A DNA stretch of 64,000 nucleotides. Source: a virus. The position numbers were made by a program, and so were the translations under genes. Shown piece by piece: positions 1 to 10,071 of the stretch. The stretch spans positions 8,109-72,108 of IMG/VR virus record IMGVR_UViG_3300024999_000086; one strand, written 5' to 3'. Under the pieces are notes generated by a model that was not told the DNA's origin, ran no database searches, and was given only the letters and a program-made list of their open reading frames with translations. Position 1 is the stretch's first letter. Each line of letters opens with the position of its first letter.

Positions 1-2
1 AC

Positions 3-2441
3 GCAGGCATTATCGGGGCAGTTGTTTCCATGGCAATCATGGCGTACAGCAGTCAGAAAAAGAAGATGATGCCGGACGAAGCCGACATGTTCAACAAGGC
101 TGGGTTCCGGCCGGAGACCTTTGCTTCGCTGATCGGTAACGAATTTCAGAAGACGGTCATCCCTTATTTCGGAGAGACGAATGCGAAATGGGACCAAGCC
201 TCGAATTCACTGATCATGCTGGCAGACGCCGATAAAGCAAAGTCCGCCCGGGAGGATAACTATTTCAAAAAAGACCCCTATGTGACGCCCGGTGCCCTTG
301 GTATGCAGTGGGATGAGACTGCTCCTACTTGGAAAAAGAGTAACTCGGCAATACGAGAAGCGCTGCAGTTGTTGTTTGATGATGCTCAGTCTTTGGAGCG
401 CATGGCGCTTAATATTGGGAAGCCAGAGACATTTGAGGAATTTGCGGTAGCCCTCGAGAAGCTGAATGTCGCTATTGACCCGTCTACGGCCGAAGGGCTG
501 TGGGAGTGGGCCGAGGCCTCGACTCCGTCCTTTGACAAGATGAAAAAGTCTTTGACGGACCTTAACCTGAGCAGTGGTGAAATGCATCGAGCACTGATCC
601 TGCTCGAAGATGCAGCCGGCTCGGCGTCAGGTTCCTCTGAAGAACTCGAGAAGTATTTGCGATCGCTGGGAAAAACACAAGAAGAAGTGTCCCAAGTTAT
701 GGCCGATTACACCGGATCGGCAATCAGCAGGATGAGGGCTGCCGGGGAAGAATACCTGGCGGCTACAAATCCGGTGCTTTATTCTTTGTCTATGATTTCT
801 CAGCAGATGCAGGAAGTCTATACTGACACTTCGATGCTGACCAGCGCCGTGGGCGTGTTTGGGGACGAAGCCAACACAGCGAGCAATGCAATCTACACGT
901 TGAACTCCGTAATGGGGTCTTTGGACTATTCTCTGCAGGATTTGGATTCCTCGGCTACTCAGGCGGGGAATGCCATCGGCGACGCCGCCTACGATATTCA
1001 AGCAGCGCTTCGCGTGATCACTGAGGGCAGCATATCGACCGGCACCACTGGGGTCGGGACTGCTGAAGGTTCGGCTACAGGAGGACTTCTCCGCGGCGGG
1101 TCCGGGGTCAGGGATGATCTGTACATCGGGACAATCGCCGGCCGGCCACAGATCGCAATGGGCGGTGAGTACGTCATCAATCAGCGCTCTACTCAGAAAC
1201 ACCTCTCGCTGCTGGAAGCGATCAACGCTGACAAATATCTGATTGGGGGCCCAACCCCGCCGGCAAGTCCGCCCGGGAGCACTCCGAAGCCGGGATCCCT
1301 GCTGAGCGGTGTCAGATCATCAAAGACTCCGGAGGATCTGCAGTCGCTGGTTGATATGCTGGATGATGTGACCCGGTCCATGCGCTTGATGAGTGGCACA
1401 GACCTGGCTAAGGAGATCTTAGAGATTCAGTATCGTTTCTACGATATGATCGAGGAGGCGAAGAAGCTTGGCGCCTCGGAGCAAGATCTGGCAAAGATCC
1501 GACGCCTGCAGGCGATGGAGATCGAGGAAGCAAACAAGAAGGTGGCCCAGGCCCGGTTCGAGTTCATGCGTGGGATCAACGACGAGATCAACAATTTCGG
1601 GATGACTGATCTTGAGATTGCTCTGCGCGGGACTCGTCGAGAGATGCAGGAGCAGATCGCTGCAGCGAAAGCTCTGGGGCTCGGTGAGTCTGAACTGATG
1701 AAGATCAGGCAGTTGCAGCAGCTTAAGGCCGCTGAGCTTATTGAGGCCCATCGTAAAGAACAGGCAGAGTTCATGCTCAACATCACTGACCAGATCAAGA
1801 TGATGGGTATGACGGAGTCAGAGAAGTCCTTATTCCAGCTTAATCGTGAGATGGAGGACATGATCCTTCAGGCGAAAGAGCTTGGTCTGGGTGAGTCTGA
1901 ACTGGCAAAGATCCGGGAGCTCTACGGACTCAAGTCTTTGGAGGTGATGAACCAAGGATTGCTGGAGGCGGTCACGGCGATTGGATCGTTTAAGGATTCC
2001 ATGGGTGGGATCGAAAGTGCTGCGTTGAAGTCGTCCACAGCGCAACAGAAGCTCTTCGACATCCTGACTCAGGCCAAGGCCGGCGACTTTAAAGGCGTTG
2101 AGACTATCGGCGAGGTCCTGAAAGATATCTCGATCGATAAGTCGAAATATGCTACGGCTGCGGACTACGCTCGGGATTATTGGAAGACGATGGGCGCGGT
2201 CAACCAGATCGAGAAGTTGACGAATAACAAGATCGCAGGCATCAACACAGAAGTTCCAACGATCAGCAGCCGCGACGCCGAGGCCAACCGCAAGAGCCAA
2301 GACGAGGTCAATACCAGGCTGGACGACCTCAGGGCGTCAGTAGTTGCCGGCAACGTCCAGAACTTGAAGAATACCCAGAAAACTGCCCGGATGCTTGACC
2401 GATGGGAATCCATTGGTATGCCGGCAACCAGGGTGGCGTAA
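3..2441 (+). CDS. Tail tape measure protein, C-terminal part (5'-truncated by window edge)
   Basis: Frame is open upstream of the ATG at 30. Long helical Ala/Glu/Leu-rich protein with the 'ATGG..G..DD....GEYVIN' motif, three ~69-aa repeats (AKxLGxxExxLxKIR) and a 'RWESIGMPATR' end. Followed by tail-tip genes. Confidence 0.85.
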   Translation, partial: AGIIGAVVSMAIMAYSSQKKKMMPDEADMFNKAGFRPETFASLIGNEFQKTVIPYFGETNAKWDQASNSLIMLADADKAKSAREDNYFKKDPYVTPGALGMQWDETAPTWKKSNSAIREALQLLFDDAQSLERMALNIGKPETFEEFAVALEKLNVAIDPSTAEGLWEWAEASTPSFDKMKKSLTDLNLSSGEMHRALILLEDAAGSASGSSEELEKYLRSLGKTQEEVSQVMADYTGSAISRMRAAGEEYLAATNPVLYSLSMISQQMQEVYTDTSMLTSAVGVFGDEANTASNAIYTLNSVMGSLDYSLQDLDSSATQAGNAIGDAAYDIQAALRVITEGSISTGTTGVGTAEGSATGGLLRGGSGVRDDLYIGTIAGRPQIAMGGEYVINQRSTQKHLSLLEAINADKYLIGGPTPPASPPGSTPKPGSLLSGVRSSKTPEDLQSLVDMLDDVTRSMRLMSGTDLAKEILEIQYRFYDMIEEAKKLGASEQDLAKIRRLQAMEIEEANKKVAQARFEFMRGINDEINNFGMTDLEIALRGTRREMQEQIAAAKALGLGESELMKIRQLQQLKAAELIEAHRKEQAEFMLNITDQIKMMGMTESEKSLFQLNREMEDMILQAKELGLGESELAKIRELYGLKSLEVMNQGLLEAVTAIGSFKDSMGGIESAALKSSTAQQKLFDILTQAKAGDFKGVETIGEVLKDISIDKSKYATAADYARDYWKTMGAVNQIEKLTNNKIAGINTEVPTISSRDAEANRKSQDEVNTRLDDLRASVVAGNVQNLKNTQKTARMLDRWESIGMPATRVA

Positions 2442-2442
2442 T

Positions 2443-4023
2443 ATGAAAGTCATAAAGCCTATCGCGGTTACGGATGCAACCCTGTATGGGTGTTCAGAGC
2501 CTGAAGATGACTATGCTGCCTGGGCAATTGGGACGACCTATGGTGCCGGGGACAAGGTTATAGTTCTCAGTACGCACAAGATCTATGAGTCTCTGCAGGC
2601 GGCAAACACCGGAAACGATCCGACGACCGCAACAGACTGGTGGCTGGATCTGGGCCCGACGAACCGCTGGAAGATGTTTGACAAATCAGTGGGGTCGGTC
2701 ACTGCCGCGAATAACTTCCTGATCGTGATGGTCAAACTGACCGATGCTGATTTTGTGGACTCTCTGGCTCTGCTGGATATCGTTGCCAATCACGTAGTAA
2801 TTGAACTCTTGGACGATGCTGTTTATGGGACGATGAGCCCAAGTGCCTCGGCCTCAGCAACAGCGAGCCCGTCAGGGGCAGCAAGTTTGAGTTCTTCTGT
2901 GTCGTCTAGCCCGACGACAAGCCCCTCGAGTAGCGCGTCTTCGAGCCCGAGTACATCAGCGTCTTCGAGCCCAAGCTCTTCGCCATCGTCCAGCCCGACG
3001 ACGAGCCCGAGTACATCAGCGTCTTCGAGCCCGAGTTCTTCACCTTCGTCCAGCCCGACAACGAGCCCGAGCGCTTCAGTATCAGGGAGCCCGACGACTA
3101 GCCCAAGTTCGTCAGAAAGCGCAAGCCCGAGTTCTTCAGCCAGCAGCAGTTTGAGTGCTTCAACCAGCCCGTCTGGAGGACCAAGTGTCAGCGCCTCTGG
3201 GGGGCCCAGCACCAGCTCCAGCCTGTCAAATAGCCCATCAGCATCGCCGAGTGCCAGCGGGGGCAACTATCTGACCGACGGTGACGGGAACTTCTTGGTT
3301 GATGGGGCGGGCAACAGGTTGAAAGACGGCGGCGTCGGGGATGACGGTGGGGCCTCGTCTTCAGCTTCGTCGAGCGTATCCTCAAGCCCGACGACAAGTT
3401 TGAGTTCTTCTGTGTCGTCTAGCCCAACAACAAGCCCGAGCTCGTCAGAGAGTGCAAGCCCAAGTTCGTCAGCCAGCGCCAGCCCTTACCCGGTTGGAGT
3501 GCTCTGGCACTATGAGACTGATTTGATATCTGCTCCGGATGAGACTGACAATGACTGGTATCAATATTTCTTCTCAGCACTGGAGAATCTCGAAGATTAT
3601 TTGCTTCTGAATATGCCGACTTACACCAATGCAATCCTTAAAGTTACTCTAACCGGGACGACTGTAGAGGTGGGGACGTTCGCATTTGGAAAGTCAGTTT
3701 ACATTGGGGAGACTCAGTGGGGGCTGCAGTTGGGTATACTGGACTATTCGACAAAAGAGACTGACGACTTTGGGGTGACTTCTGTTGTTGAACGGGTTTA
3801 TGCCGACAAGATGGAGTGTGATCTTTTTCTGGAACACAGCATGGTGAGGATGGTTAAGAAATTCCTTTCAAGTGTCAGGGCTACCCCCTGCGTTTGGATG
3901 GGCACCGAGGTCAGTACATTTTCCGAGTTAACAATTGTTTATGGATTCTATAAGAATTTTGATATAGTACTACAAGATTACGGTGGGAGTATCTGCTCTC
4001 TCGAAATCGAAGGTTTAACTTAA
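2443..4023 (+). CDS. Tail-tip protein (post-TMP family, N-terminal carbohydrate-binding-like 'AW..GTTY..GDKV' motif) with inserted Ser/Pro/Thr tracts
   Basis: ATG 2 nt after the TMP stop. N- and C-terminal parts resemble the gene that typically follows TMP ('NRWKMFD', 'DYSTKETDDFG', 'VYGFYKNF'). Low-complexity inserts at ~2833-3264 and ~3352-3486. Confidence 0.75.
   Translation: MKVIKPIAVTDATLYGCSEPEDDYAAWAIGTTYGAGDKVIVLSTHKIYESLQAANTGNDPTTATDWWLDLGPTNRWKMFDKSVGSVTAANNFLIVMVKLTDADFVDSLALLDIVANHVVIELLDDAVYGTMSPSASASATASPSGAASLSSSVSSSPTTSPSSSASSSPSTSASSSPSSSPSSSPTTSPSTSASSSPSSSPSSSPTTSPSASVSGSPTTSPSSSESASPSSSASSSLSASTSPSGGPSVSASGGPSTSSSLSNSPSASPSASGGNYLTDGDGNFLVDGAGNRLKDGGVGDDGGASSSASSSVSSSPTTSLSSSVSSSPTTSPSSSESASPSSSASASPYPVGVLWHYETDLISAPDETDNDWYQYFFSALENLEDYLLLNMPTYTNAILKVTLTGTTVEVGTFAFGKSVYIGETQWGLQLGILDYSTKETDDFGVTSVVERVYADKMECDLFLEHSMVRMVKKFLSSVRATPCVWMGTEVSTFSELTIVYGFYKNFDIVLQDYGGSICSLEIEGLT
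2833..3486 (+). repeat. Coding low-complexity SPTT/SPSS/SASS repeat tracts
   Basis: Four-residue periodic Ser-rich translation. An identical 31-bp copy occurs at 2882-2912 and 3395-3425, and CGAGCCCGAGTACATCAGCGTCTTCGAGCCC occurs at 2942 and 3002. Confidence 0.95.
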
Positions 4024-4034
4024 AGAGGCCCAGC

Positions 4035-4835
4035 ATGACTATCTCAGCCCTTCCATCAGCCCCAAATAAAAATACTGACAGTGCTTCAGCGTTCAACACA
4101 AAAGCGAATGCCTGGGTCGCAGCATTATCAACGTTCGTGACCGAGGCCAACGCCTTGGAGGCCAACGTCAACAGTCGAGAGACTCTGGCGACTGCCGCGG
4201 CGGTAACTGCTTCGGCAGCCTCAGCGACGGCGACGACAAAAGCCGCAGAATCGTTGGCCAGTGCGGCGACGGCTGTGGCTGCTCCGGGGACGAGCGCGAC
4301 GAGTACGACCAGCCTGACGATTGGTACCGGGTCGAAGTCACTGACGATCCAAGCAGGGAAATCTCTGGTCGTCGGGATGAAGGTTATCATCGCCTGGACA
4401 AACTCTCCCACGTATTATATGTATGGGACGATCACAGCCTACAATTCTACCACTGGGTCACTGGTGGTCATGTCTGAGGCATTCAGTGGCGCAGGGACAA
4501 CTTCAGCGTGGACGATCTCCTTGACGGCGCCGGCAGTTGGTCTTGGCCTCGGGCAGACTTGGCAGGAAATGGGGAGTGCCAGGGCTTTTAATACAACATA
4601 TACAAACACAACAGGCAAACCACTTGTGGTCTCTGTTACTGGGTACACAACAGATGAAAATCCATTAGCCGGGTTGTCTTTGTATGTTGATTCTACGTTG
4701 CTTGGAATATCAGCACAAGTAAGTACTATTACAACACACTATGTAGTGATTTCAGGTATAGTGCCAATTGGGTCAACATATAGAGTAACAGCTTTAGGTT
4801 CTATATTCAAGACTTCTTGGGCCGAACTGCGATAA
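4035..4835 (+). CDS. Tail fibre / receptor-binding protein
   Basis: Ala/Thr-rich stalk followed by the C-terminal 'GLGQTWQ..SARAFNTTYTNTTGKPLVVSV' domain typical of phage fibre tips. The 3' end is lower in GC. Confidence 0.75.
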   Translation: MTISALPSAPNKNTDSASAFNTKANAWVAALSTFVTEANALEANVNSRETLATAAAVTASAASATATTKAAESLASAATAVAAPGTSATSTTSLTIGTGSKSLTIQAGKSLVVGMKVIIAWTNSPTYYMYGTITAYNSTTGSLVVMSEAFSGAGTTSAWTISLTAPAVGLGLGQTWQEMGSARAFNTTYTNTTGKPLVVSVTGYTTDENPLAGLSLYVDSTLLGISAQVSTITTHYVVISGIVPIGSTYRVTALGSIFKTSWAELR

Positions 4836-4870
4836 CAATGAAATCTACAACAAATAGTCGGAGAACCGCT

Positions 4871-5734
4871 ATGAAGAGATTTTTAATAACAGCAATACTC
4901 TTGCTGACGGCTTGCAGCACAGCCCGGGCCGACTTTGACATCACGGCCTTGCCTGATCACACGGCGCCGGCGGCAGCAACTGACGGGCTGGTGGTCTACA
5001 AGTACTCTGCGGCAGAGGGCAGCCGAGTGCAGGAGGTCAAGGCCTCGGCCGACGCCGGGCAGTGTCTGTCGGGGACGTGGACCTGGGTTGATTTTCAACC
5101 GCTTGACACTTCCCTGACTCAGATCTCCGGGTTGACGCTTTCTCAAGGCGACATCCTTTACTATGACGGATCAGCGATCACGAACCTTGGTCCGGGGGAC
5201 GCCGGCAAGCTGTTGCAGACAAACGGGGTTGGGGCCAACCCCACTTGGACAAGTGCAATCGCCTTGGATGTTTTTGGTTTGCCAAACGGTGTGGCCCCGA
5301 CGGTTGACGAAACGGGCGAAACCGCGATCGACACCACCAGCGATCAACTTCTTTATTACGGTGGGGCGAAGCGAGTACTGACGTATAAAGAGCCACTATG
5401 CATCACCGTTGAAAATCTCGCTGCTGCCGATGATGATTATGCCTATTTTTCCTGGCCTTATGCAGTGACCATCACTGGGCTGTGGTGCCATTATCGAGGT
5501 ACTGGTTCAACTCCGGCGACAATCACCTTGGAAGACGGGGCCGGGAATGCAATGACTATTACCGATACAGCCGCGACTTGTGCGGCATCAACAACGACTG
5601 CAACACCAAAGACTGTCACAGCGGCAAATGGGCTTACGGCATATGAGATGCTGGCTTTTAACGTAACAAATGCAGTGAGCCCGGAGACAGACGAATATAC
5701 GATATGTGTCAGTTATACTGTGGATGCCGACTGA
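4871..5734 (+). CDS. Signal-peptide-bearing tail-fibre-like protein
   Basis: N-terminus MKRFLITAILLLTACSTARA; fibre-like 'QGDILYYDG...GKLLQTNGVGANPTW' motif; beta-rich C-terminus. Confidence 0.6.
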   Translation: MKRFLITAILLLTACSTARADFDITALPDHTAPAAATDGLVVYKYSAAEGSRVQEVKASADAGQCLSGTWTWVDFQPLDTSLTQISGLTLSQGDILYYDGSAITNLGPGDAGKLLQTNGVGANPTWTSAIALDVFGLPNGVAPTVDETGETAIDTTSDQLLYYGGAKRVLTYKEPLCITVENLAAADDDYAYFSWPYAVTITGLWCHYRGTGSTPATITLEDGAGNAMTITDTAATCAASTTTATPKTVTAANGLTAYEMLAFNVTNAVSPETDEYTICVSYTVDAD

Positions 5735-6477
5735 TGAAGTATTTATTGGCAGCAGTCCTTATACTGCTCACATGGTCAGACAGTTTTGCGGCGAGCGGTA
5801 TTCTCGTGCGCAGGAGTACCGCTTGTACTACTCCTGCGAATGGGGATGAGCTGAGTGAGGGCTTTGAGGGAGGCTACGAAGCCGCGGGTTGGACAGAGAC
5901 AGTAGGCACAGGCGGGACGCTGACCGAGAATTACACTCTGACGGGAACTGCGCCGGCAGGGTCATGCCTTGTGGGCCTTTATTCTGCAGCCATCGCCGGT
6001 GCAAGTAACATGACTTACGCCACCTGGGACGCAGGAGCACCAATATCTAGGGCCGGAAGTCTTGATATTACCGGGAGTATCAGGGTCAACTCAAGCACAC
6101 TCCCCGCCAACGACGATGCACTTACTGTTCTGCACTGGAGTAACTATAGCACCAGTGATGCTGCTGGCTTGGCAATGGTTAAACTCATCGACGATAACGG
6201 AACGTTGATGATTAAAGCTCAAGGCGCAGGGAATAGCGCCGAGGTTGCTATCACAACTGGAATTTGGTACAGTTTTGTTCTGCACCTTGATGGTACCGCG
6301 GCAAGTTCGTATTTTCAGATAGACGCCGGAACAACTTGCGATGCTGCTAGCGAATGTACTTTCGCCAGATTTGATTCTGCTGATGGGCAGTATTTGCACA
6401 CTGGGCCTGGATATCAACTCGATACAGACGAAGCAGCCGCAATAGAATGGGGGGGCATATGGGTAAATACGCCGTAA
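5734..6477 (+). CDS. Signal-peptide-bearing beta-sandwich (lectin/LamG-like) protein
   Basis: N-terminus MKYLLAAVLILLTWSDSFA; 'EGFEGG..AGW' and 'TTGIWYSFVLH' patterns; paired Cys; TGATG coupling with the upstream gene. Confidence 0.55.
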   Translation: MKYLLAAVLILLTWSDSFAASGILVRRSTACTTPANGDELSEGFEGGYEAAGWTETVGTGGTLTENYTLTGTAPAGSCLVGLYSAAIAGASNMTYATWDAGAPISRAGSLDITGSIRVNSSTLPANDDALTVLHWSNYSTSDAAGLAMVKLIDDNGTLMIKAQGAGNSAEVAITTGIWYSFVLHLDGTAASSYFQIDAGTTCDAASECTFARFDSADGQYLHTGPGYQLDTDEAAAIEWGGIWVNTP

Positions 6478-8531
6478 TTTTTCTGATACTCCTTTTTCCA
6501 TCATTGGCTCTGGCCTATTCGCCTGTTGCCAGGTTCGACGTAGTTCCATACCAGCGGATTGAGTATGGGGCTTCACTTAATGTCGGAGTTGCGGCATTTT
6601 CTAAGCCAGGGATTGCATCAGTTGACTTTGTTGCATCTGGCCAGGGGTATAGTGGAGGAACAAAGACAGCAACCTCCATGACCTTGAATTCGACCACGGA
6701 TACCTGGGAATACTGGGTTAATTTCCCCGCCTCTGAGTTTACCGGAAACGGGGCTATTACTATCACCGCCACCGTTACCGACAACGAGGCCAATGAAAGA
6801 GTATTGACCCTATCTTTGCTGGTCTATGGGGCCTCTGCTTTCACTCCAGTGACAGCTTGGGTTGATCCAGCGGGCAACAATACTACCTGCATGGTAAACG
6901 ATGAAGGGGCACCATGCTTGACCGTAGCCGGGGCAATAACCAAAATCCAAGCGGCAAATGGCGGCGTTTCGGACGGTGCGATTATCTATCTCGAGGAGGG
7001 CACTTACTCGGTAGCCTCTACATCAGCAAGCACGTCAAGCCAATGGTTAACAATCACGAAAGACGATACTGCGGCAGTTGCAAATGTAATAATCAATACT
7101 GGACAGATAACAACCGGGTATCTCAAATATGATAGCGTGACTCTGCAAAGTCTGGGCAGTGCCCTGTATGTCGCCAATAGTAGTTCAACACGGTTATGGA
7201 CGAATAGTTGTAGAAGAATTGGTTCTGGAAGAGGTACTGTCAATACAAACCCAGTGCATCTCAGCGACGAGAACAATCATTATAGTACTAATGACTACAC
7301 CTATGATGCTGACTATGCCTATAGGAAGGCAGCATTGGTCAGAGGTGCCACAATCTCGTTTATTGGTAATGATGTATTTGAGAATACACCTTTTATTGTC
7401 AACTGTACTGCTGATGATGTCGATAATATTGACAACCCGTCATGGCACGCAGATGCATTTCAAACTTTTACAGGGACAACGCTTGCCCCTCCGGATAACA
7501 GAATTGTCTATAATTACAAGGCAACAGACTTACATTATGAAGCTATTTTTATGCGGTCTGATACTGGAACTGCAACGGACAACGCATTTGTAAATGTATT
7601 TCTTGAGATGCGCGATCCTTGTACAGTTAATGAAACTGGCAGCTGTGTTTTTACTGATTTTCAGCTTTATTACAACTGGGATCACCTGATAATGTGGAAC
7701 AATACATTTATAGGTGGACATAGCACAATATCACCAACATCAACCCTTACAAATGTTTCCTGGGTTGGTAATGTTTTCTGGCAGTTTGCTCAAGACACAG
7801 ACATCAGCAACCTGGCTATTACTCAACTTGCGAATGGGAATGCTGGTGGGAACGAGGTTTTGTATAACCATTATGAGTATGTAAAACTTGAGACAGGTGA
7901 GTGCACACCAAATAGTAAATTTACACAAGCGGGGTATACCTGCCCAAAAAATTATACAAAACGTCCTGACTCTGGAGCAACCGCTACCTATTCAACAGGC
8001 GGGGGGGTAACTGACGGCGACTATACATCGGAAACCTTTACTTATCCTGTTGGTGACACCCTGACATATAAATTCTCTCCACGAGTTCCAGTTGATATTT
8101 ACAACGTAGCTCGCGGAACCTTGTCCAGCATTGGGGCCGTAGAGCCGGTGTTTTCTGGGCCCGTTCGTTCAGCCGGTGCCCCGTCTTCGACGGTCAGTTA
8201 TGCGGCAACGACTACGATATCATTGTTTACTGCAACAACCGCAACATGCAAATATGGGACTGTAGCAGAGACTGACTATAGTTCAATAGCTAACACGTTT
8301 GAGTCTACTGCATCTCAGTGGCATACTCAAACAGGGGTGGCTGTGTCTCCAGGAACTAACACCTTTTATGTAAGATGTACTGATGGATCTCATGAAAATC
8401 TTACTGACTATGTTATCAGCTTTAATATGTTGAGTCAAAGTTCTGCCCGAGTGGGATTAAGTTTGACTGGTACCGGGAAGTTTACTCCCTCAACGATAGG
8501 AACCGGGAAGTTGATAATCTCAGCGCCTTAA
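6459..8531 (+). CDS. Large signal-peptide-bearing protein with Ig-like and parallel beta-helix (pectin-lyase-like) regions
   Basis: N-terminus MGKYAVIFLILLFPSLALA; 'IIYLEEGTY', 'HADAFQ', 'WNNTF' and 'SIGAVE' are beta-helix hallmarks; low GC. Confidence 0.6.
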   Translation: MGKYAVIFLILLFPSLALAYSPVARFDVVPYQRIEYGASLNVGVAAFSKPGIASVDFVASGQGYSGGTKTATSMTLNSTTDTWEYWVNFPASEFTGNGAITITATVTDNEANERVLTLSLLVYGASAFTPVTAWVDPAGNNTTCMVNDEGAPCLTVAGAITKIQAANGGVSDGAIIYLEEGTYSVASTSASTSSQWLTITKDDTAAVANVIINTGQITTGYLKYDSVTLQSLGSALYVANSSSTRLWTNSCRRIGSGRGTVNTNPVHLSDENNHYSTNDYTYDADYAYRKAALVRGATISFIGNDVFENTPFIVNCTADDVDNIDNPSWHADAFQTFTGTTLAPPDNRIVYNYKATDLHYEAIFMRSDTGTATDNAFVNVFLEMRDPCTVNETGSCVFTDFQLYYNWDHLIMWNNTFIGGHSTISPTSTLTNVSWVGNVFWQFAQDTDISNLAITQLANGNAGGNEVLYNHYEYVKLETGECTPNSKFTQAGYTCPKNYTKRPDSGATATYSTGGGVTDGDYTSETFTYPVGDTLTYKFSPRVPVDIYNVARGTLSSIGAVEPVFSGPVRSAGAPSSTVSYAATTTISLFTATTATCKYGTVAETDYSSIANTFESTASQWHTQTGVAVSPGTNTFYVRCTDGSHENLTDYVISFNMLSQSSARVGLSLTGTGKFTPSTIGTGKLIISAP

Positions 8532-8635
8532 AATAATATTGGTGACCCCTTCAATAACGTTCGAAAAAGGGGTATATAGAAATATGGGAGCAATCCTAAT
8601 GCCCATGGAAGAAACGTAATCACAGGAGAAAAGCA

Positions 8636-9307
8636 ATGGAACTTCAAGCCCCGTATCACTTGTTCGGAAATGTCCGAGGCAACAGCTATGTCAGGGTCGA
8701 CCCGGTCACCGGCCTTGTGACGTTCAAAGGGCTGGCCAGGCCTTATCTCGGGCTGTGGATTCCATTGACAGCCATGGAGCCGACGTCGGCCCCGGATTAC
8801 GACGCGACCAACTTCGGGTACCTTTTCCCGAACAACAGCACCACAGAGTTCCTGACCGCGAACATTGCCCTGGACCATGACTACGCCCCCGGGACGTCGC
8901 TTTATCCCAGGATACTCTGGCACCAGGCTGCAGCGACGCCCCCGGCGTGGAAGATCTCCTACCGGTGGTTGAATCCTGGTGAACAGGTGGGCGCCTTCAC
9001 CACGGCGACGGCAACCGGGCAGGAGTACACCTACATCCAAGGCACAATCCTGCAGACATCATATTTCCCGACTATCCCGGGCGCGGGCAAGAAGATGGGC
9101 AGCATTCTGCAGGTCAAGCTCTACCGCGACGACGCGGTATTGGCCGGCGATGCTCTGGCGATCGCCTTTGGCGTGTTCAAAAAGGTCGACAGCCTGGGGT
9201 CGCAGACGTTGACGTTGAAGAGTGTCCCGGGCGCCCAGGTGTCGTCGTCACCGTCAGCTTCAGCTAGCGCCAGCCCGAGCGCTTCACCATCAGCTTCAGC
9301 TTCCTAA
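8636..9307 (+). CDS. Putative virion beta-sandwich protein with C-terminal Ser/Pro/Ala tail
   Basis: AGGAG RBS; 'HDYAPGTSLYPRILW...QVKLYRD' motif; ends in SSSPSASASASPSASPSASAS. Confidence 0.6.
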   Translation: MELQAPYHLFGNVRGNSYVRVDPVTGLVTFKGLARPYLGLWIPLTAMEPTSAPDYDATNFGYLFPNNSTTEFLTANIALDHDYAPGTSLYPRILWHQAAATPPAWKISYRWLNPGEQVGAFTTATATGQEYTYIQGTILQTSYFPTIPGAGKKMGSILQVKLYRDDAVLAGDALAIAFGVFKKVDSLGSQTLTLKSVPGAQVSSSPSASASASPSASPSASAS

Positions 9308-9318
9308 GGGGGTAGCCA

Positions 9319-10056
9319 ATGAGTCAAGTATTGATTGCGCCGACAACGGCGGCAGCGGAATACAAGATGAAGATTCCGCAGAACCGGTTCAACATGACGA
9401 TCCAGGTCGACGCCAGCATCGGCGCCGCGGAGGTGGTTGAACTTAAGCAGTTGGATACGGATCAGCAGTGGCGGGCGATTGTTCTCGGCGGGGCACCCCT
9501 GGTCCTGTCAGCGTCCAACACTCAAATCAGCTTCACCGCGACGAATCTGATCAAACTGGTGAAGCCCATAACTGTTGCGGCCGTCGGCGTTCAGTTGCTG
9601 TCTGATCTTGGGTTTGGTGAGAACGAGGCATCTGATAGTGCCAGCACGTCAGCATCGAGCAGCGCGTCCTCGAGCCCGAGCTCAAGCGCGTCCTCAAGCC
9701 CGACGACTTCAGCTTCGTCCAGTCCGACGACTTCGCCGTCCTCGAGCGCTTCTTCAAGCCCGAGCGCTTCGCTGTCCGGCAGCGCTACGACAAGTCCGAG
9801 TTCGTCTGCGAGCGCAAGCCCGAGCGCTTCACTGTCCGGCAGTGCTACGACGAGCCCGAGTGCTTCAGCTTCAGGCAGCCCGACGACCAGTGCGAGCTCA
9901 AGCCCGACGACAAGCCCAAGCTCTTCGGCATCGTCCAGCCCGACGACTAGTGCGAGCTCTTCAGCTTCTTCGAGCCCGACGACTTCAGCTTCAGGAAGCC
10001 CGACGACAAGTCCGAGTTCTTCGGCGAGCGCTTCTCCGTCAAGTTCACCGTCTTGA
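9319..10056 (+). CDS. Small globular domain plus ~140-aa mucin-like Ser/Pro/Thr tail; putative virion decoration protein
   Basis: A ~100-aa beta domain is followed by continuous SPTT-SPSS-SASS repeats (9631-10053) up to the stop. Confidence 0.7.
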   Translation: MSQVLIAPTTAAAEYKMKIPQNRFNMTIQVDASIGAAEVVELKQLDTDQQWRAIVLGGAPLVLSASNTQISFTATNLIKLVKPITVAAVGVQLLSDLGFGENEASDSASTSASSSASSSPSSSASSSPTTSASSSPTTSPSSSASSSPSASLSGSATTSPSSSASASPSASLSGSATTSPSASASGSPTTSASSSPTTSPSSSASSSPTTSASSSASSSPTTSASGSPTTSPSSSASASPSSSPS

Positions 10057-10071
10057 TGAGGAGAGACTCTT

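Noticed and set aside
2823-3266. Minus-strand ORFs rich in 'LGLVVGL' (also 9591-10145)
   Set aside because: Antisense shadows of the Ser-rich repeat tracts; the plus-strand genes have RBSs and fit the operon.
2833-10056. Repeats considered as a CRISPR array or DGR template/variable repeat
   Set aside because: The repeats are in-frame coding and degenerate at synonymous positions, with no unique spacers. No cas or reverse transcriptase gene is in the window.
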